Notes: generated by a model from the sequence alone, not told the origin. A stretch of 63,970 nt of DNA, filler included, from Reclinomonas americana ATCC 50394 (GCA_048213135.1; 11 parts of 6 records of this genome joined end to end with filler, not necessarily neighbours in it), one strand, 5' to 3'; shown: positions 24,362-37,555, numbered from the whole stretch's first letter. A program made the numbers and translations.

Positions 24362-24784
24362 ATGCGCGCTGCTGCACTGTGGATTGCGGTGGCGGTGATG
24401 CTCGTGGCGGTGGCCGCGGCACAGGAAAACCCGGGTTTCCGCAGAGAACGGTGCCCGACGCTCACTGATCGTCAGACACGCGCGGCAATGCAGTTTGACA
24501 TCTCCAAGTTCACTGGCCAGTGGTTCCAGGTGCTCGACTACGACCTGTCGCAGTCAGCCTTCAAGTGCCAGGTGAGCAACAGAGAGAGAGAGACACACAC
24601 ACAAGTGGCACTCGTTGTCGCACAAAATAATCCCCAACGGCTCATCATTTTTTGTTGTCATTCTCTCATTGTGCAGAGCGTGAACAACCAGCTGACGTTC
24701 GCCGACGACGGCTCCACCATCCCGCAGTCTGTGACGCAGACGCTGACCTACAAGGACACGTCGGATGGCAACTCGGTGCAGTCG
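24362..24784 (+). CDS. Secreted lipocalin-like protein, 3' partial
   Basis: Signal peptide, CPT, and the lipocalin SCR1-like motif FDISKFTGQWFQV followed by C. Confidence 0.6.
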
Positions 24785-24884
24785 NNNNNNNNNNNNNNNN
24801 NNNNNNNNNNNNNNNNNNNNNNNNNNNNTTAATTAATTAANNNNNNNNNNNNNNNNNNNNNNNNNNNNNNNNNNNNNNNNNNNN

Positions 24885-27800
24885 CTTGAAGGAGGGCTCG
24901 CAGGCAAGGTCTGTGACACAGTGACGACAGGCTAAGCAGTAGACATCTACAAGGGCCTCACTGTGCACCCCGGCAGAACGGTGGCGGCCACCAACATGAA
25001 TGCCACGTCGAGTCGCGCGCACACTATTTTCACGATGACATTCAGTCAGTCAGTTGTTGCGTGCAAGACGCGGTCGCAGTCTCGCCCACTTCTTCTTCAT
25101 CATCAGCACCGTCCTAAACCCCTCCATTTTCCGGCATGCAGTGGGACCCCGTGGTTCAGCGTTCGACCTCCAAGGCTTCCAAGATCCACCTTGTCGACTT
25201 GGCCGGCTCGGAGCGCGCGCGTTCGGCACAGAGTGTCGGCGATCGTCTGAAGGAGGGTTGCTCCATCAACCGATCCTTGTCGTGTCTCGGCAAGTGCATT
25301 CATGCTCTTGCCGACGCCTCGGAGAGCGGCGGAAGTGGAGCAGCTGCAGCAACGGGCAAGGCCGCGAAACCGTTTGTGCCGTACCGCGAGTCGGCTCTCA
25401 CGTGGTGCGTGCCGTGTGTGTACAGTACACTCTTCGTGGGGCGCCTGCCAGCATCTGACCCTTCACCCATGCAGGTTGTTGAAAGAGTCGCTCGGCGGCA
25501 ACTCGAAGACCGTCATGATTGCCACCATCTCGCCCGCCGACGTGCACTACGAGGAGACTCTGTCGACCCTCAAGTACGCCGACCGCGCCAAGCAGATTCG
25601 CACCAAGGCCGTGGTCAACGAGGATCCCAACGCCAAGCTCGTGCGCGAGCTGCGCATGGAGATTGAGAAGTTGCGGTCGCAGCTGACCGACACGCCCAAC
25701 AACCCACAAGACGAGGTTGCCTCGCTGCGCGAACAGTTGCAGCAGAGTGAGAAACTCATTGCGGAGCTGCGCATGACGGCCAAGGAGCGCAAGGCCGTGA
25801 CAGAGGCCATTAACAGAGAGCGTGCCGAGATTCTCAAGGTGTAGTGCGCTCACCGCTGCCTCCTTGTTGTATTTTCCGCCGCTTCTCTGACACTGCAGAG
25901 GTGTAGGGCGCGGGTTTGATGCTCTCGGAACTCGGTTTCGACCAGCGATCGACTCCACACTTTGTCAATCTCAACGAGGACCCGCTGATGTCCGAGTGTC
26001 TCGTGTACTTTATCAAGGAGGGCATCACGCACATTGGGCGCACCAACGTCAAGAACCCTCCAGACATTGAGCTCAGCGGCTCGTCGGTGGCCAAGGACCA
26101 CTGTGTGGTGGAACGCCAAGGCAACGATGTGTATCTGCGGCAAACATGCCAGGATCCGCGGTACCGTACTTTTGTGAATGGACAACTGGTGCAGGATGTG
26201 GTGCAGCTGCGGCAGGGCTTCCGAGTCATCATTGGTGGCAATCACATTTTCCGATTCAATCACCCGGCAGAGGTGGCCGCCATGTCTGGTCGACGCAAGC
26301 GCCGAGCCTCCTCTGCCGCCTCTGCCGCCTCACACATGAGTGAGGAGGGTGCGCCGGTGGACTCGGACGAGATTATCGACTGGGAGTTTGCGCAAAAGGC
26401 GAGCACAAGCACAACACTTCCGAAATCCTTGAGTTGTCGCTAATTGTGCTTTTGTCGACATTAGGAATGGATGCGTGCACAGGGCTTCATTCAATCCGAC
26501 GAGCTCGTACGGCAGATTGAGGAGGAGCGGCAAAAGGCACGGGAGGCGCTGGAGGAAGAGCATCGGCAACGTGAGCGTGAACTGCAACAGATGATGAAGA
26601 AGCAGGAGGAGCTGCTGCGTCTGAAGGAGGAAGAGGTGTGTGGCAGTCGCTTCTGTACGCTGCCCTGCGCAGTTGTTGTTCTCACTCTTCATTCTGTTTC
26701 TATCTTGCAGTTTGAGAAGCGACTGCAGTCGCTGCATCAGCGCGGAGCGGTGGCCGAGGAAGAAGAAGTCCGGAAAGAGAGGGTACGCATACATGGTGCC
26801 AGTGTGACACTCTGCCACGTGCTGACGGACTGTGCGTTACAGGCACGGGTGCACGAGCGCTTTCACAGCGAACGCACGGCACTCGAGCAGAAAAAGGATC
26901 GCCTGGCCGAGGAGAACGAGTGGCATCGACGCATGGAGGAGTATTCGGCGGCCGAAAGCAAGGCCAAGGTGGTCATCGAGGAGGCGCTGATGAAGGTGCG
27001 CCCGGGTGCTGTTGTTGCTGCTCTCCTCTTCCAGTCCCCCGCTCACTCGCACCACTACAGCTCATGCCGTTGATCACGCAAGCCAACTCGTGGGCCGAGG
27101 CGCTGCAGCGCCCGATGCGCTTCGAAGCCAAGATCGTCACGGCGTACGCCGAGATGAAGAGCATCATCAACCGTGATGCCTCCTCGACCGTCTCGCGCAA
27201 CTCCAAGCCAGACATTTCGTTCTTCAAGAACTTGGCCAACGTTGTCGTCCGGGTCAACAATTTGTGGAACGACACGAGCTGCATGTGGGAGGAGGGCAAG
27301 TTTGTCAATCGCTACTACATTATGCAAGAGGTGTACGAGCGGGCGCTGGACGCTGTCGACTGTCGCGAGCCGTACGTCCTCAGTCTGGAGGCCGACCCTT
27401 TTTACGATCCACCCGAGACGCAGATTATTGGCGTCGCCCTGCTGTACCTGCAGCCACTCGCCTACCGGCTCGACTCGATGTGCTCGACCCCGATTTTGGA
27501 CTACAAGGGCGCCGAGAAGGGCTACATCAACGCAGAGATGTTGCGTGCTCACGTGGAACACGTAGGGTGTGCAGATGATCGTTTGGTCTTACTCACTTTT
27601 GCGTCGCAGCATTCCGGTGACGGCCGACGGCGAGGAGGATGTGGATCCGGTGGCGTCGCCCAACGAATTGATCGGTCAGCGTCTCGACTTTGAACTGCGT
27701 GTGCACGAGCTGGAGGGTCTGGAGGACAGCATGGCCAACGACGTGTACGTGCACTACAAGCTGCTGGAGCAGTCGCTGGCGTCGGACTCGCATCTCGGCC

Positions 27801-29027
27801 ACGCCACCACTTTCACGCTGGGCTTCAACAAGCACTTCACCTTTAATCCAGTGACGAAGCAGCTACTTACCTTCCTCCAGCGCGAGGCGGTGGCGCTGGA
27901 GGTGTACGGACACGCCGACGAGACCAACAAGCCTCACGCACTGGCGCTGAATCAGCATCGGCGTAACGGGGGTGGTGCTGGCTACCGCCACGCGCATCTA
28001 GGATTGGACGAGAAGCGCGCAGCGGTGGCCGCCGAGGAGGCCGAGTTGAGCCGCAAGATTCAACAGTACGAGAGGAATTTGCACCAGCGCGGCGAGTCGA
28101 GTGTGGCCGCCGACGACGACGACGAAGAAGGTGGGGAGGACGACGAGGGCTACGGCACCGGCTACGGTCAATGGGGCTACGGTCTCGGTGGTGACGACGA
28201 AGAGGACGAGGAAGGTGTGGGTGCAGAGTACGACGACGACGACGACGAAGGGGACGCCGCATATGGTGAAGACGACATTATCGCTGGTGAGGTTTACGAG
28301 GGCGAAGGCGACGGTGAGTTTGACCGTGTCGGTGGCGACGAGGACGACGATGACGACGGCGGGGAGGAGACAGGCGGGCGGAGAAGGCATCGACGCCGCT
28401 CACGGTCGCCCGAGGTGCTGGAGCGTGAGCGTGAGCTGCGCGAGTTGCGCGAGAAGAACAATGTGATTGAGCGAGAGCGTGCACGGTACGAGTCGGAGCA
28501 CGAGCGACTCGAAAGGGAGCGCAAGGCCGCTGAAGACGAGAGGCAACGCCTGTTGGCTGAGCAGCAGCACTTGGAGCAAGTTAGGGAGCGTCGGCGGCAG
28601 CTGGAGGAGGAGGAGCTGCGACGTGTGGCGGAGATGGAGGCGAGGTTGCGAGTGGCGGAGCAAGCACTCTCCAAGTTGGGTGTGGTCATTCCGCCGTCGT
28701 CGCCACCGCCGCCACAGGCGGCCGATGGCAAGCACACGCCGGGCGTCAGTGGCGTCACAACGGACACACCAGCTGAGGCAGGCACGCCGTCGGCCAAGTC
28801 GCCGGCCGCTCTGGAGACGGAGAAGGCGCTGGAGGCGGAGCGGTTGCGCAACCAGCAACTGATGGAGGAAATGGAGCGCATGAAGCGCAGCCTGGAGGAG
28901 CGTCAGGTGAGCATCCCCTCTTTGAATGAGAGAGTGAGGGAGAGACAGGTCGCTGACTGGTGATTGGTGAATGCAGACGGCGGGCGCCAGCGGGAGCGGC
29001 AACTCGAAATCCTGTGTAGTCTTGTAG
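24885..29027 (+). CDS. Kinesin-3 (KIF1/KIF28/KLP-6-like) motor with FHA domain and C-terminal CAAX; 5' partial
   Basis: [68 protein letters not shown] (FHA), [29 protein letters not shown]; ends SKSCVVL*. Confidence 0.95.
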
Positions 29028-29202
29028 AATCGCTTCCACGCCAACACACAATTCCTGTTAGAAGCCTGTTGTAATGTACCACTGTTGCTGTTTGTTTGCT
29101 TGGTACTGTAGCTTAAAAGAGGCACGTCTGCAGCTATACACTGTTGTTTTTCACGGTCTCTTCCCTACTACTTCTGCCGACTGACGACGACTACGACTCT
29201 AC

Positions 29203-30476
29203 CTACATTATGGAGCAGTTCCGCTGCGCATCGCCCTCGGCAGCAGCAGAGCCACCGGTGCCACCGCCCTGGCCAGCATTCGCAAACGCCGCCAGCAATT
29301 CCGGTGGAAGCGCCTCGTCGCCACTGCCACTGAGACCACTGCAAGAGCGTGAGTCAACGAAAGAAAACGAGGATGCTCGTTGCACGCACCCAGTGACAGA
29401 CTCCATCAGCTCCTCTGGCGGTTGCCCGCACGCCTGCAACTCCTGCACCAGCTGCAGCAGCGTCTCCTGATCGTCGGGCGTGACCTCAAACGTGTGCACG
29501 ATTCTTCTCAACAGATGCAACTGCTTCTCGTACATGGCCGTCTGCTCCGCCGGCAGCGTCGCTCGATTCCGAGCGATATACTCGGGCAGCTGCTCCGAGA
29601 GCGCCTTGAACGGCGGATACAGCACATCCTTGGACAGCAGATGCTTCACGAGATTATCCATCACACCGCGCAACGACGGATCGGCGTCCATGCGCTCCAT
29701 TTGCTCCATGACACGCGCAAACAGCTCCTCCTCCGACGCATCCGCCGGCATGCCCTGCTGCACACCCTGCTCACCACCACGCCACCGGTCAGCCATCGAT
29801 CCACGCACCAACATATTACACAAATGGGAAGAACCTCAAACTGCTTGGCTGTCTCGGCAAGCATGCTCATGGTGCGCGTCAGAGTCTCCTGCAGCTTCTT
29901 GTCGGCATCGGGATCGCCTGTGCGCATCGTGTGAGCACTCTTGTTGAACTCGGCGCTCACACACACACACACATACTGACCAGAGCCATCGGGTGTAAAC
30001 GACTCGGCCAGCAGCTTCTCCAGCTCTGCGGCCAACTCGGGCGACAGACCGTCCGGAGCAGCGCCCTATGACACAATCATCATCATCATCATCTCGTCAT
30101 CCAATGACACACACATGGACACACACGCGCACACACGCACTGTTGCACTGATGCGCGGAGGAGGCGAGGACGAGGAGCCACTCGGAGCTGCTGCTCTTGC
30201 AGAGGCCGCAGGACGAGGCGGAGGTGACGACTGTGTCGCCCCTCCTGCTGCTGCTGCTGATGCTGATGCTGTGTGTGGATCGTATGGATCCGACTCTTCA
30301 AACTCATCCAGAGCGCCTGTGGTGTGCATGTGAGAGAGAGTGTGTGTGTGAGAGAAGAGAGACGCATGGCCGGACATCGACACACGTGGAAAGGAGCGTG
30401 TGTATGCGAGTGTGTGCGTATGGAGTGAGTAGACGTAACTCTCCAGCAGCGCGTCGAGGTCCTTTTGACTGCTCAT
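29203..30476 (-). CDS. PEX19: Peroxisomal membrane protein import receptor PEX19
   Basis: N-terminal DLDALLESALDEF, LLSKDVLYPPFK, ELQACGQPPEEL and C-terminal CAAX CSIM*. Confidence 0.93.
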
Positions 30477-30811
30477 CGTCGGCTGTCTGTGTGTGTGTGT
30501 TATGTTGTGACAAGTTTGTGTCCTGCGCTGACGATTTTGTTTGCACTCCGACGACGACGACAAGGTGAGTTGCACTCTCTCTGTTTGTTTGTCTCTCTCC
30601 CTCCTGTGGCCCTCTCTCTCTCTCTCTCTCTCCTCGCGCACTCCGACTTTGGGGGACAACTCCATGTGCGGTTTGAGAGTTGTCGTCAGTTGGTGTTGGC
30701 CATCGCCTCGTGCTCTCACTCTCACTCCTCTGTCTGCTCACGACTTGCTGCTGAAACGCTGTGTGTGTGTGTGTGTGTGTGTGTGGAGCAGTGTCATCAT
30801 CGCAGTGAGTC

Positions 30812-32264
30812 ATGAGTTCTGGTGACGAGGATGAGCGCATGAGCGTGGAGGAGGAAGAGGCAGACGAGATGGAAGAGGAGGCTGACAGTGACGATGAGCC
30901 AGTGGACATGGAGATGTCGGGAGGCGACGACGATGATGATGATGATGATGATGACGATGAGGTTGGTCGAAAAGATCGCATTCGTATAAACTGTGTCTGT
31001 GAATGTTGACGCGGAGTGAGGGTGCAGAGTGAGGAGGAGGAGCTGGAGTTTGAGATCGACTCGCCGTATCCGGTGGCGAGTGGGAGCGGAGGCATGTCGT
31101 CGCGTGCGGGTGGGCGTCCGGGCGAGACGTTTGTGGTGTTGGGAGCGGCGGACATTGTGGATCGGCAGCGGCGGGATGTGATGTGTGTGGCGGAGAGAGC
31201 CAATGTGCCACTGGGAGTGGCGGCGACGCTGTTGAGGCACTTCAAGTGGAATGTCGAGCAGTGCCTGCAGCGGTACTTTGATGACGAGGAGCGCACGTGT
31301 GCGGCGGCGCATGTGAGCACCGATGTGGAGTTCACACGCGGAGAGCCGGGAACAACTGTGTTGTGCGAGGTGTGCTTTGAGGAGTATCCGGGACTCGATA
31401 TGGTCGCACTGAGGTGAGTGTTGCCCGTCGTCCCATGGCCCCGGGCACCACCTGACGAAAGAGCCTTTTGCTGTGCAGCTGTCGACACTTTTTCTGCACC
31501 GGTTGCTGGAAGCAGTATCTGGCGGCGTCGGTGGAGGCCGGTTATGCGTGCATCTACTCGACGTGCATGTTCCCCAAGTGCGACAAGGTGGTCAGTGATC
31601 AGGTGTGGGCGGATCTGGCCGACCCCGAGGTCCGCGCCAAGTACACCAACTATCTGCTGCGCTCCTTTGTGGAAGATGTTGCGTCGTTTTTATGTGTACT
31701 CCCGTCTCTTGAAGTGACGCTGATGTGTGTGTGTGTGCGTTGCGCTGCAGAATCCCTACCTGCGATGGTGTCCGTTCCCCGACTGCGGGCGAGCCGTGTC
31801 GATTTCCAGCTCGGGTGTGCGCAACGTGCAGTGTGCCTGTGGATTTGAGTTTTGGTGCGGTGCTGTTGTTGCATGCACGAGTGCGGAGAAACACTCCCTC
31901 TCACTCTCCACACAGTTTTCAGTGCAACGAGGAGCAGCACGATCCGGCGTCCTGCGAAATGGTGTCTCTGTGGAAGCAGAAGGAATCCTCCGACAGCAGC
32001 AACGCACTGTGGCTGTCGGCGAATGTGAAGAACTGCCCAAAGTGCAAGTCACCGATCGAGAAGAACGGCGGTTGCATGCACATGACGTGCTCAAGATGCC
32101 GGTGCGTGACATGATGCACGCGATCAGTGATGCTCGTGTGTGTGTGTTTGGTGCTGAGTACGCTCGCCCTCAGCCACGAGTTCTGCTGGATCTGCACGGA
32201 GGACTGGACACGGCACAGCAACGAGACTGGTGGTTTCTACAAGTGCAATCGCTACCAACCGAAG
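30812..32264 (+). CDS. ARI: Ariadne-family RBR E3 ubiquitin ligase, 3' partial
   Basis: Acidic N-terminus, [14 protein letters not shown]1 [30 protein letters not shown], and RING2 [37 protein letters not shown]. Confidence 0.93.
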
Positions 32265-32521
32265 NNNNNNNNNNNNNNNNNNNNNNNNNNNNNNNNNNNN
32301 NNNNNNNNTTAATTAATTAANNNNNNNNNNNNNNNNNNNNNNNNNNNNNNNNNNNNNNNNNNNNGCGTGTCTACAGAGGCGTCTTGTGTTGTTTTGTTTT
32401 GTGTGTGTGTGTGTGTGTGTGTGTTGTTTTTCCGCTGTCTGTCTGCCACTCTTCCTCTTATCGTCCACGCACTCCCAACTCCCCTTCTTACACATCGTCG
32501 TGTTCATTTTTTCCCGCGCAG

Positions 32522-33370
32522 GTGGTTGTCGGTGGTGGTGGTGTGGGCAAGTCGGCGCTGACGATTCAGCTGATCCAGAACCACTTCATTGAGGGTGCGA
32601 CCGTATTTGTGTGTTTCTCCGCTCTCTCTTTCTTTTCACTCCCTGCTCACACTTGCGCGTGTTTGTGTGTGTCTCTCTTTCTCACAGACTACGATCCCAC
32701 CATTGAGGACTCGTACCGCAAGCAGTGCGTCTTCTCGCGTCGCATTCTTTTGTGTTTTTCATGGTAACTCATTTGCGTTGAAAAACAGAATCACAATCGA
32801 TGAGGAGACGTGCTTCCTCGACATTCTGGACACGGCCGGCCAAGAAGAGTACTCGGCGCTGCGCGACCAGTTGCGTGTTGTGTCTGTGTCAGTTTACTCT
32901 TGCGTTGTGGCTGATGGAGATTGTATCCACACGTGTACAGGTACATGCGATCTGGCCAGGGCTTCCTGTGCGTCTACTCGATCACCGAGCGCAAGTCGTT
33001 CGAGGAGATCACCACGTTCCGCGATCAAATTCTGCGTGTGAAGGATGCCGATCAAGTGCCGATGGTGCTGGTGGGCAACAAGTGCGATCTCGAAAAGGAC
33101 CGCAAGATTACCTCGTTCGAGGGTCAGCAACTGGCCAAGACGGTGTGTTCCACTCCTACCATCCTGCCTTGTCTTGTTTTTTTGGCTGATGTCATGTGTG
33201 CCTCATCAGTTCGGCTGCCCGCACTTTGAGACGTCGGCCAAGACTCGCCTGAATGTGGAGCAGTGCTTCATGGAGCTCGTGCGCGAGATCCGCCGCGACA
33301 AGATCCGCACCAGCGGTGACGCCAAGCCCGACAAGGGCAAGGCCAAGAAGGGTGGCTGCACGGTGCTGTA
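32522..33370 (+). CDS. RAS: Ras small GTPase (first exon missing)
   Basis: [63 protein letters not shown] and CAAX CTVL*. Confidence 0.97.
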
Positions 33371-33556
33371 AATCACCAGCCCCGCTGTTGTTTTCCCTTT
33401 TTTCTGCACGCAGAAAGAAGAAGAAGAAGTGCGTTGCGTGCGTGCGTTTTGGCGTGCTGCGTGTGGTGGTAGAGGCTTAGTCGTGAACGAGAACCAAGTG
33501 TATGTTATCAACATCGAAATCCATCAAATCGTCCATTGCTTCCTTTCGGTGTTTGA

Positions 33557-35629
33557 ATGGACGTGGAGGAGCGCAAGAAGCTGGCCAAGTTGATTAGCGA
33601 GGCCACCAGCACGGGCGAGCGTGTCTTGTCGCACGAGCATCTGGCGGTGCGTTGCAGTTGTCTGCGACACACACGCGCGCGCGCGCGCAGTGCCTTCTCA
33701 TCGCCTCCGACGTATGCAAGTGCAGAGCATCAAGGCAGTCGCACGACAGTCGCCGTCGCACGTGGAGGCGGCGGTGGACTTTGCCATGGGGCAACTGCGC
33801 AAGGAGCACGCGCAGATCCGCCTGCTGGCCATGCGCCTCCTTGATGAGCTGTTTCGACGCAGTCGCTCCGCCCGTCTGCGCGTGCAGGAGGTCATTGAGG
33901 AGGTGGTGCGACTGTCGCTAGGTGAGTGGGAGAAGGAGAGAGAGAGAGCAAGAACAAGAGGGAGTGTGTGGCTGTCGAGTGTGACTTGGATGAGGATAGG
34001 ATTTGATCGGCAACGACCGTGCCCGCTGCCGCCGCCCAAGTCGTGGGCCAAGGATCTGTATGAGTGCTCTGTACGTCTACTGCATGCGTGGCACAAGGAT
34101 CACGGACAGCAGCTGCCGCGGGTGAGTGCACCGGTGATTGCAAGAGTGAGTTGACTTGTCTTGTTGAAGTGCTGCTGCTGCGCAGCTGTCGGTCACCTAC
34201 TGCTTCCTGCGTGATACGGTGCGGGTGGACTTTGTGTCGGGCACGATGCCGACAGCCAGCGCGGCCGAGGAACAACGGCGGCGAGGCGTACGGCACGAAA
34301 TGTCGCGCATGAAATGCCTGGAACACTGCCGCGAAGTGGACGACGAGCTGCCTGGCATGCTGGCCGTGCTGGAATCAATGGTGCGTATGTGTGCTGCACC
34401 TCCCATTGACAAGCACTCATCCAGCATCATCGTTGGTGCAGCAAACATGTTTCGACTTGCTGAACGCGCCGACATCGCCGTCGGTCGCCGCCAGTCGCAT
34501 ACACTTTGATGTTGCGATTGCACAGTCGCCGCCTGAGAGGGTGGCCACGGCGGCCGACGATGTCGACAAGGACGCGGAGCAGGTGATGCGTGAAATCGGT
34601 TTGCTGGTGGCGTCGCCCACGGATCGTGACGCTGAGCCGCCACCACTGGCGACTGTCAGCAGTCCGGGAGCGGACTCGACCGGGAACGATGCAGTGTTGG
34701 ATGCACTGCGAGACCACTGGAAGGCGCTCGTGCACACGATCGAACCCAAGTTGCGCCAGTGGATGAATGCGTTCCTGGGATTCTTGCCTGGACCGTCCGC
34801 CGCCGCCGAGTCGACAGAAGACGCAGCGGTGCAAATCGTGCGCACTCACCTCGCGCCCGTCATGGACGCGTTGCACGGCGCCGAACGGCAGAAGGAACGC
34901 TGTGCAATGATTCGCCTCTTTGATCCCGCCGAGGCCAGTCACAGCAAGAGCAGCGGACAGACATTGCAGGCAGCGACGACTGCAGACGACGGCGATGACG
35001 ATGACGACGACAGTGATGACGAGGATGATGACTTTGAGGAGGTGCCGACTGACGGTGAGGAGGCGAAGCCTGTTGTGACTGCTCACTCCCAGCCTCCACC
35101 ACCGCGACCACCGCCGCCGCCAGCACCCGCCACCACAACCACTGCTGGCAAGCGAAGGCGCACAGCAGGTGCAGATGACGGTGAAGATGGTGAGGGTGGT
35201 GGTGGTGGTGGTGGTCTTGGGCGTGGATGGCAACCTCCCCGGGTGCCCCTGGCAGTGCCCGAGGCGTTGCGCACACTGCAACAGCACCGGCAGCAGGTGG
35301 CTGCGACGGGTGGCGCGATTATTCCCGAGTGTCGCGACGACGACGACTCACTGCTGGCGGAAGCCCCGGCACTGGCGTCCTTCCGTGCCGCTGTGCATCC
35401 GCAATCGGTGGCAGCGGCGACGACGACCGCGGTGGCACCCGATGTGGACACTCGCGGGTTTGAGTCGGTGCGCGACAAGGCGAAAGAGGAGGACCAGGGA
35501 CCGCCGCGCAAGCGTCGCAAGACAAAGGCGAAGAAGCCGCAGACGGCGCTGGTGGATCTCCGCGTTTTGCGCCGTCGCCAGCTGAGGAAGGAGTTGTTGT
35601 TGGATGGCCAGCCACCGTCGCCAGAGTGA
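33557..35629 (+). CDS. UVSSA: UV-stimulated scaffold protein A homolog
   Basis: VHS-like N-terminus (ATSTGE..IK..HAQIRLLA..LLDELFRRS..LPPPK..A). Acidic DDEDDDFEEVP resembles the TFIIH-interacting motif. Confidence 0.8.
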
Positions 35630-35708
35630 GCAAAGGGATGCAAGCAAACACGACGCCATTTGCGGTACATTTTTTCTGTGCATGGAAGGAGGAGGAGAAA
35701 GGACATTG

Positions 35709-36851
35709 TCAGATCTCCAGCTCTTCCTGCCCCAGCGGCTGATAACTTGTCATGGCTGTGGTGGAACAATGTGTGAGCAGAGTGCACTGCGGTGACTCTC
35801 GACATGGCGCATTCAACCACACACCTCGTTTGAGTTCTCGATAGAAGAGCCAGACGTAGTAGATCAGCACCGCCTTTTGTTATTTTCGTGCCACAACATG
35901 AGTGAAATGATAAGAGGAGAGTGTGATGCGATGGGTGGACCGCACCTGTGCAAGTGTATCCACCGTCCATGCCAACAACACGGTCCAAGGCCGTTTCATC
36001 GCCAAGAACACAATCACCATGACGGCACTGATGGCACAGTCGACAATGTTGCCGACGAAATACTGCGATGGGGTTTTTCTTTCTTCAGCGATCGACGCCC
36101 TCTCCCCTTCTGAGCAGCGTGCACGACAAACCCAAAACGTCAGCTTGGCCGACAGATTCTTCGCCCCAAAGTAACCGAGGAAGCCGAGAGGTAGTTTAAG
36201 CAGGTTCCACCACATGCTGAACACGACAAAGGCCAGCGACAACACCTGTTCCGCACACCGGTGAGATACACACCAAAGGACGACGACGACGGAGGAGAAG
36301 ACGCAACAATGTCGGCCAGGGCGAGCACAATTACCGTGCGACCCATGTGCATGAGGACTTCGTAGTGCTGCGTGTCAAGCGACACGGTCACCGGCTGATG
36401 ATGCGCACCAGCTGCGATCTCCGGCTCTGCGACACCCTCCTTTGTCAACTCCACACGCTCGTCTCTCTCACACGCACACACTCGCGCGTGGCACACGAAC
36501 CAGAGACGAGCAAGTGCGTCGGTTTGCGCGTTCCCTTGACCACTGCGCGCGATGGTGAACTGGAGAGAGGCGACGACGACGATGATGATGATGACGCGTG
36601 ACCAACGCGAGCACCACCGCTGCCACCACCACCGCCACCACCGCCATTCTCCGACGATAGGAAGCCCGTGAAGTTGAGCAGAGACCGTGGTTGCCCGCCG
36701 CCTACACGTTGAACGGATTTGAGCAGCACGCGAACTCACACACACGCACACATTGACGATCGCTTTCTCTCTTTCTCTCACGCACGGAGGAGGGAAAGAA
36801 AGGACGGAAGACACACAGAAGAGAGAACACGCCACCCAAGAACGCACTCAT
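35709..36851 (-). CDS. Small multi-pass membrane protein of unknown function with C-terminal YQPL sorting-like motif
   Basis: Several hydrophobic exons (VIVLALADIV, LSLAFVVFSMWW, AISAVMVIVFLAM, AVLIYYVWLFY) joined by GT-AG introns. Confidence 0.5.
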
Positions 36852-37555
36852 GATGTTGTGATTGTGTTTTGAATCGATTCGAGACACAGAGATGCGATAA
36901 CACGAGGTGGTCCACACGTGCACACGCACACACAGGTACGGAGCGCTGAGAGAGAGAGAGACGGAGAGACAGGTGGCGGGCACGTGCGATGGGACAGAGA
37001 CAGTTGGGTGATGCGTATGGCTCGCGGCCGTTTCCGTAGACTCACACAGTTTTCGCTGTTCATCGTTGCGCCGAGTTTACCCCGCTTGTCTCTCTCCTTT
37101 TTCCCTCTGTGCGTGTGCACGTGCGTGCTCTTTCTCCCCTTGTGTTCTGCGTGTNNNNNNNNNNNNNNNNNNNNNNNNNNNNNNNNNNNNNNNNNNNNTT
37201 AATTAATTAANNNNNNNNNNNNNNNNNNNNNNNNNNNNNNNNNNNNNNNNNNNNACTGTGTGAGGGGCGGGGGGCGAGTGAGTGGCGGACATGGTCAGGC
37301 GTTTTCCCCACGACCGTGCGTTATGGCCGTTTCTCACAACTCACCTCCTCGAGTCCCGACGGCGTCGAGTGCGGCACGTGGGCCACCGCAGTGCCACCGA
37401 CGTATGTGAGTGTCTGCTGCTTTCGCCTGGCCTCTTGGCCCTGCACACATGGAAGAGTATCAAGTTTGTCAGCCTCCCACATTCAACGTTCGTTTTGATG
37501 GCACGCGCGGAACAACAACTGCGCCACAGGCAGAGAGGGAGAGAGACGCACCGGC

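Noticed and set aside
29013..33370. Three CAAX proteins (kinesin, PEX19, Ras) within ~4.4 kb as a functional cluster
   Set aside because: Unrelated functions and an assembly spacer between them; likely coincidence.
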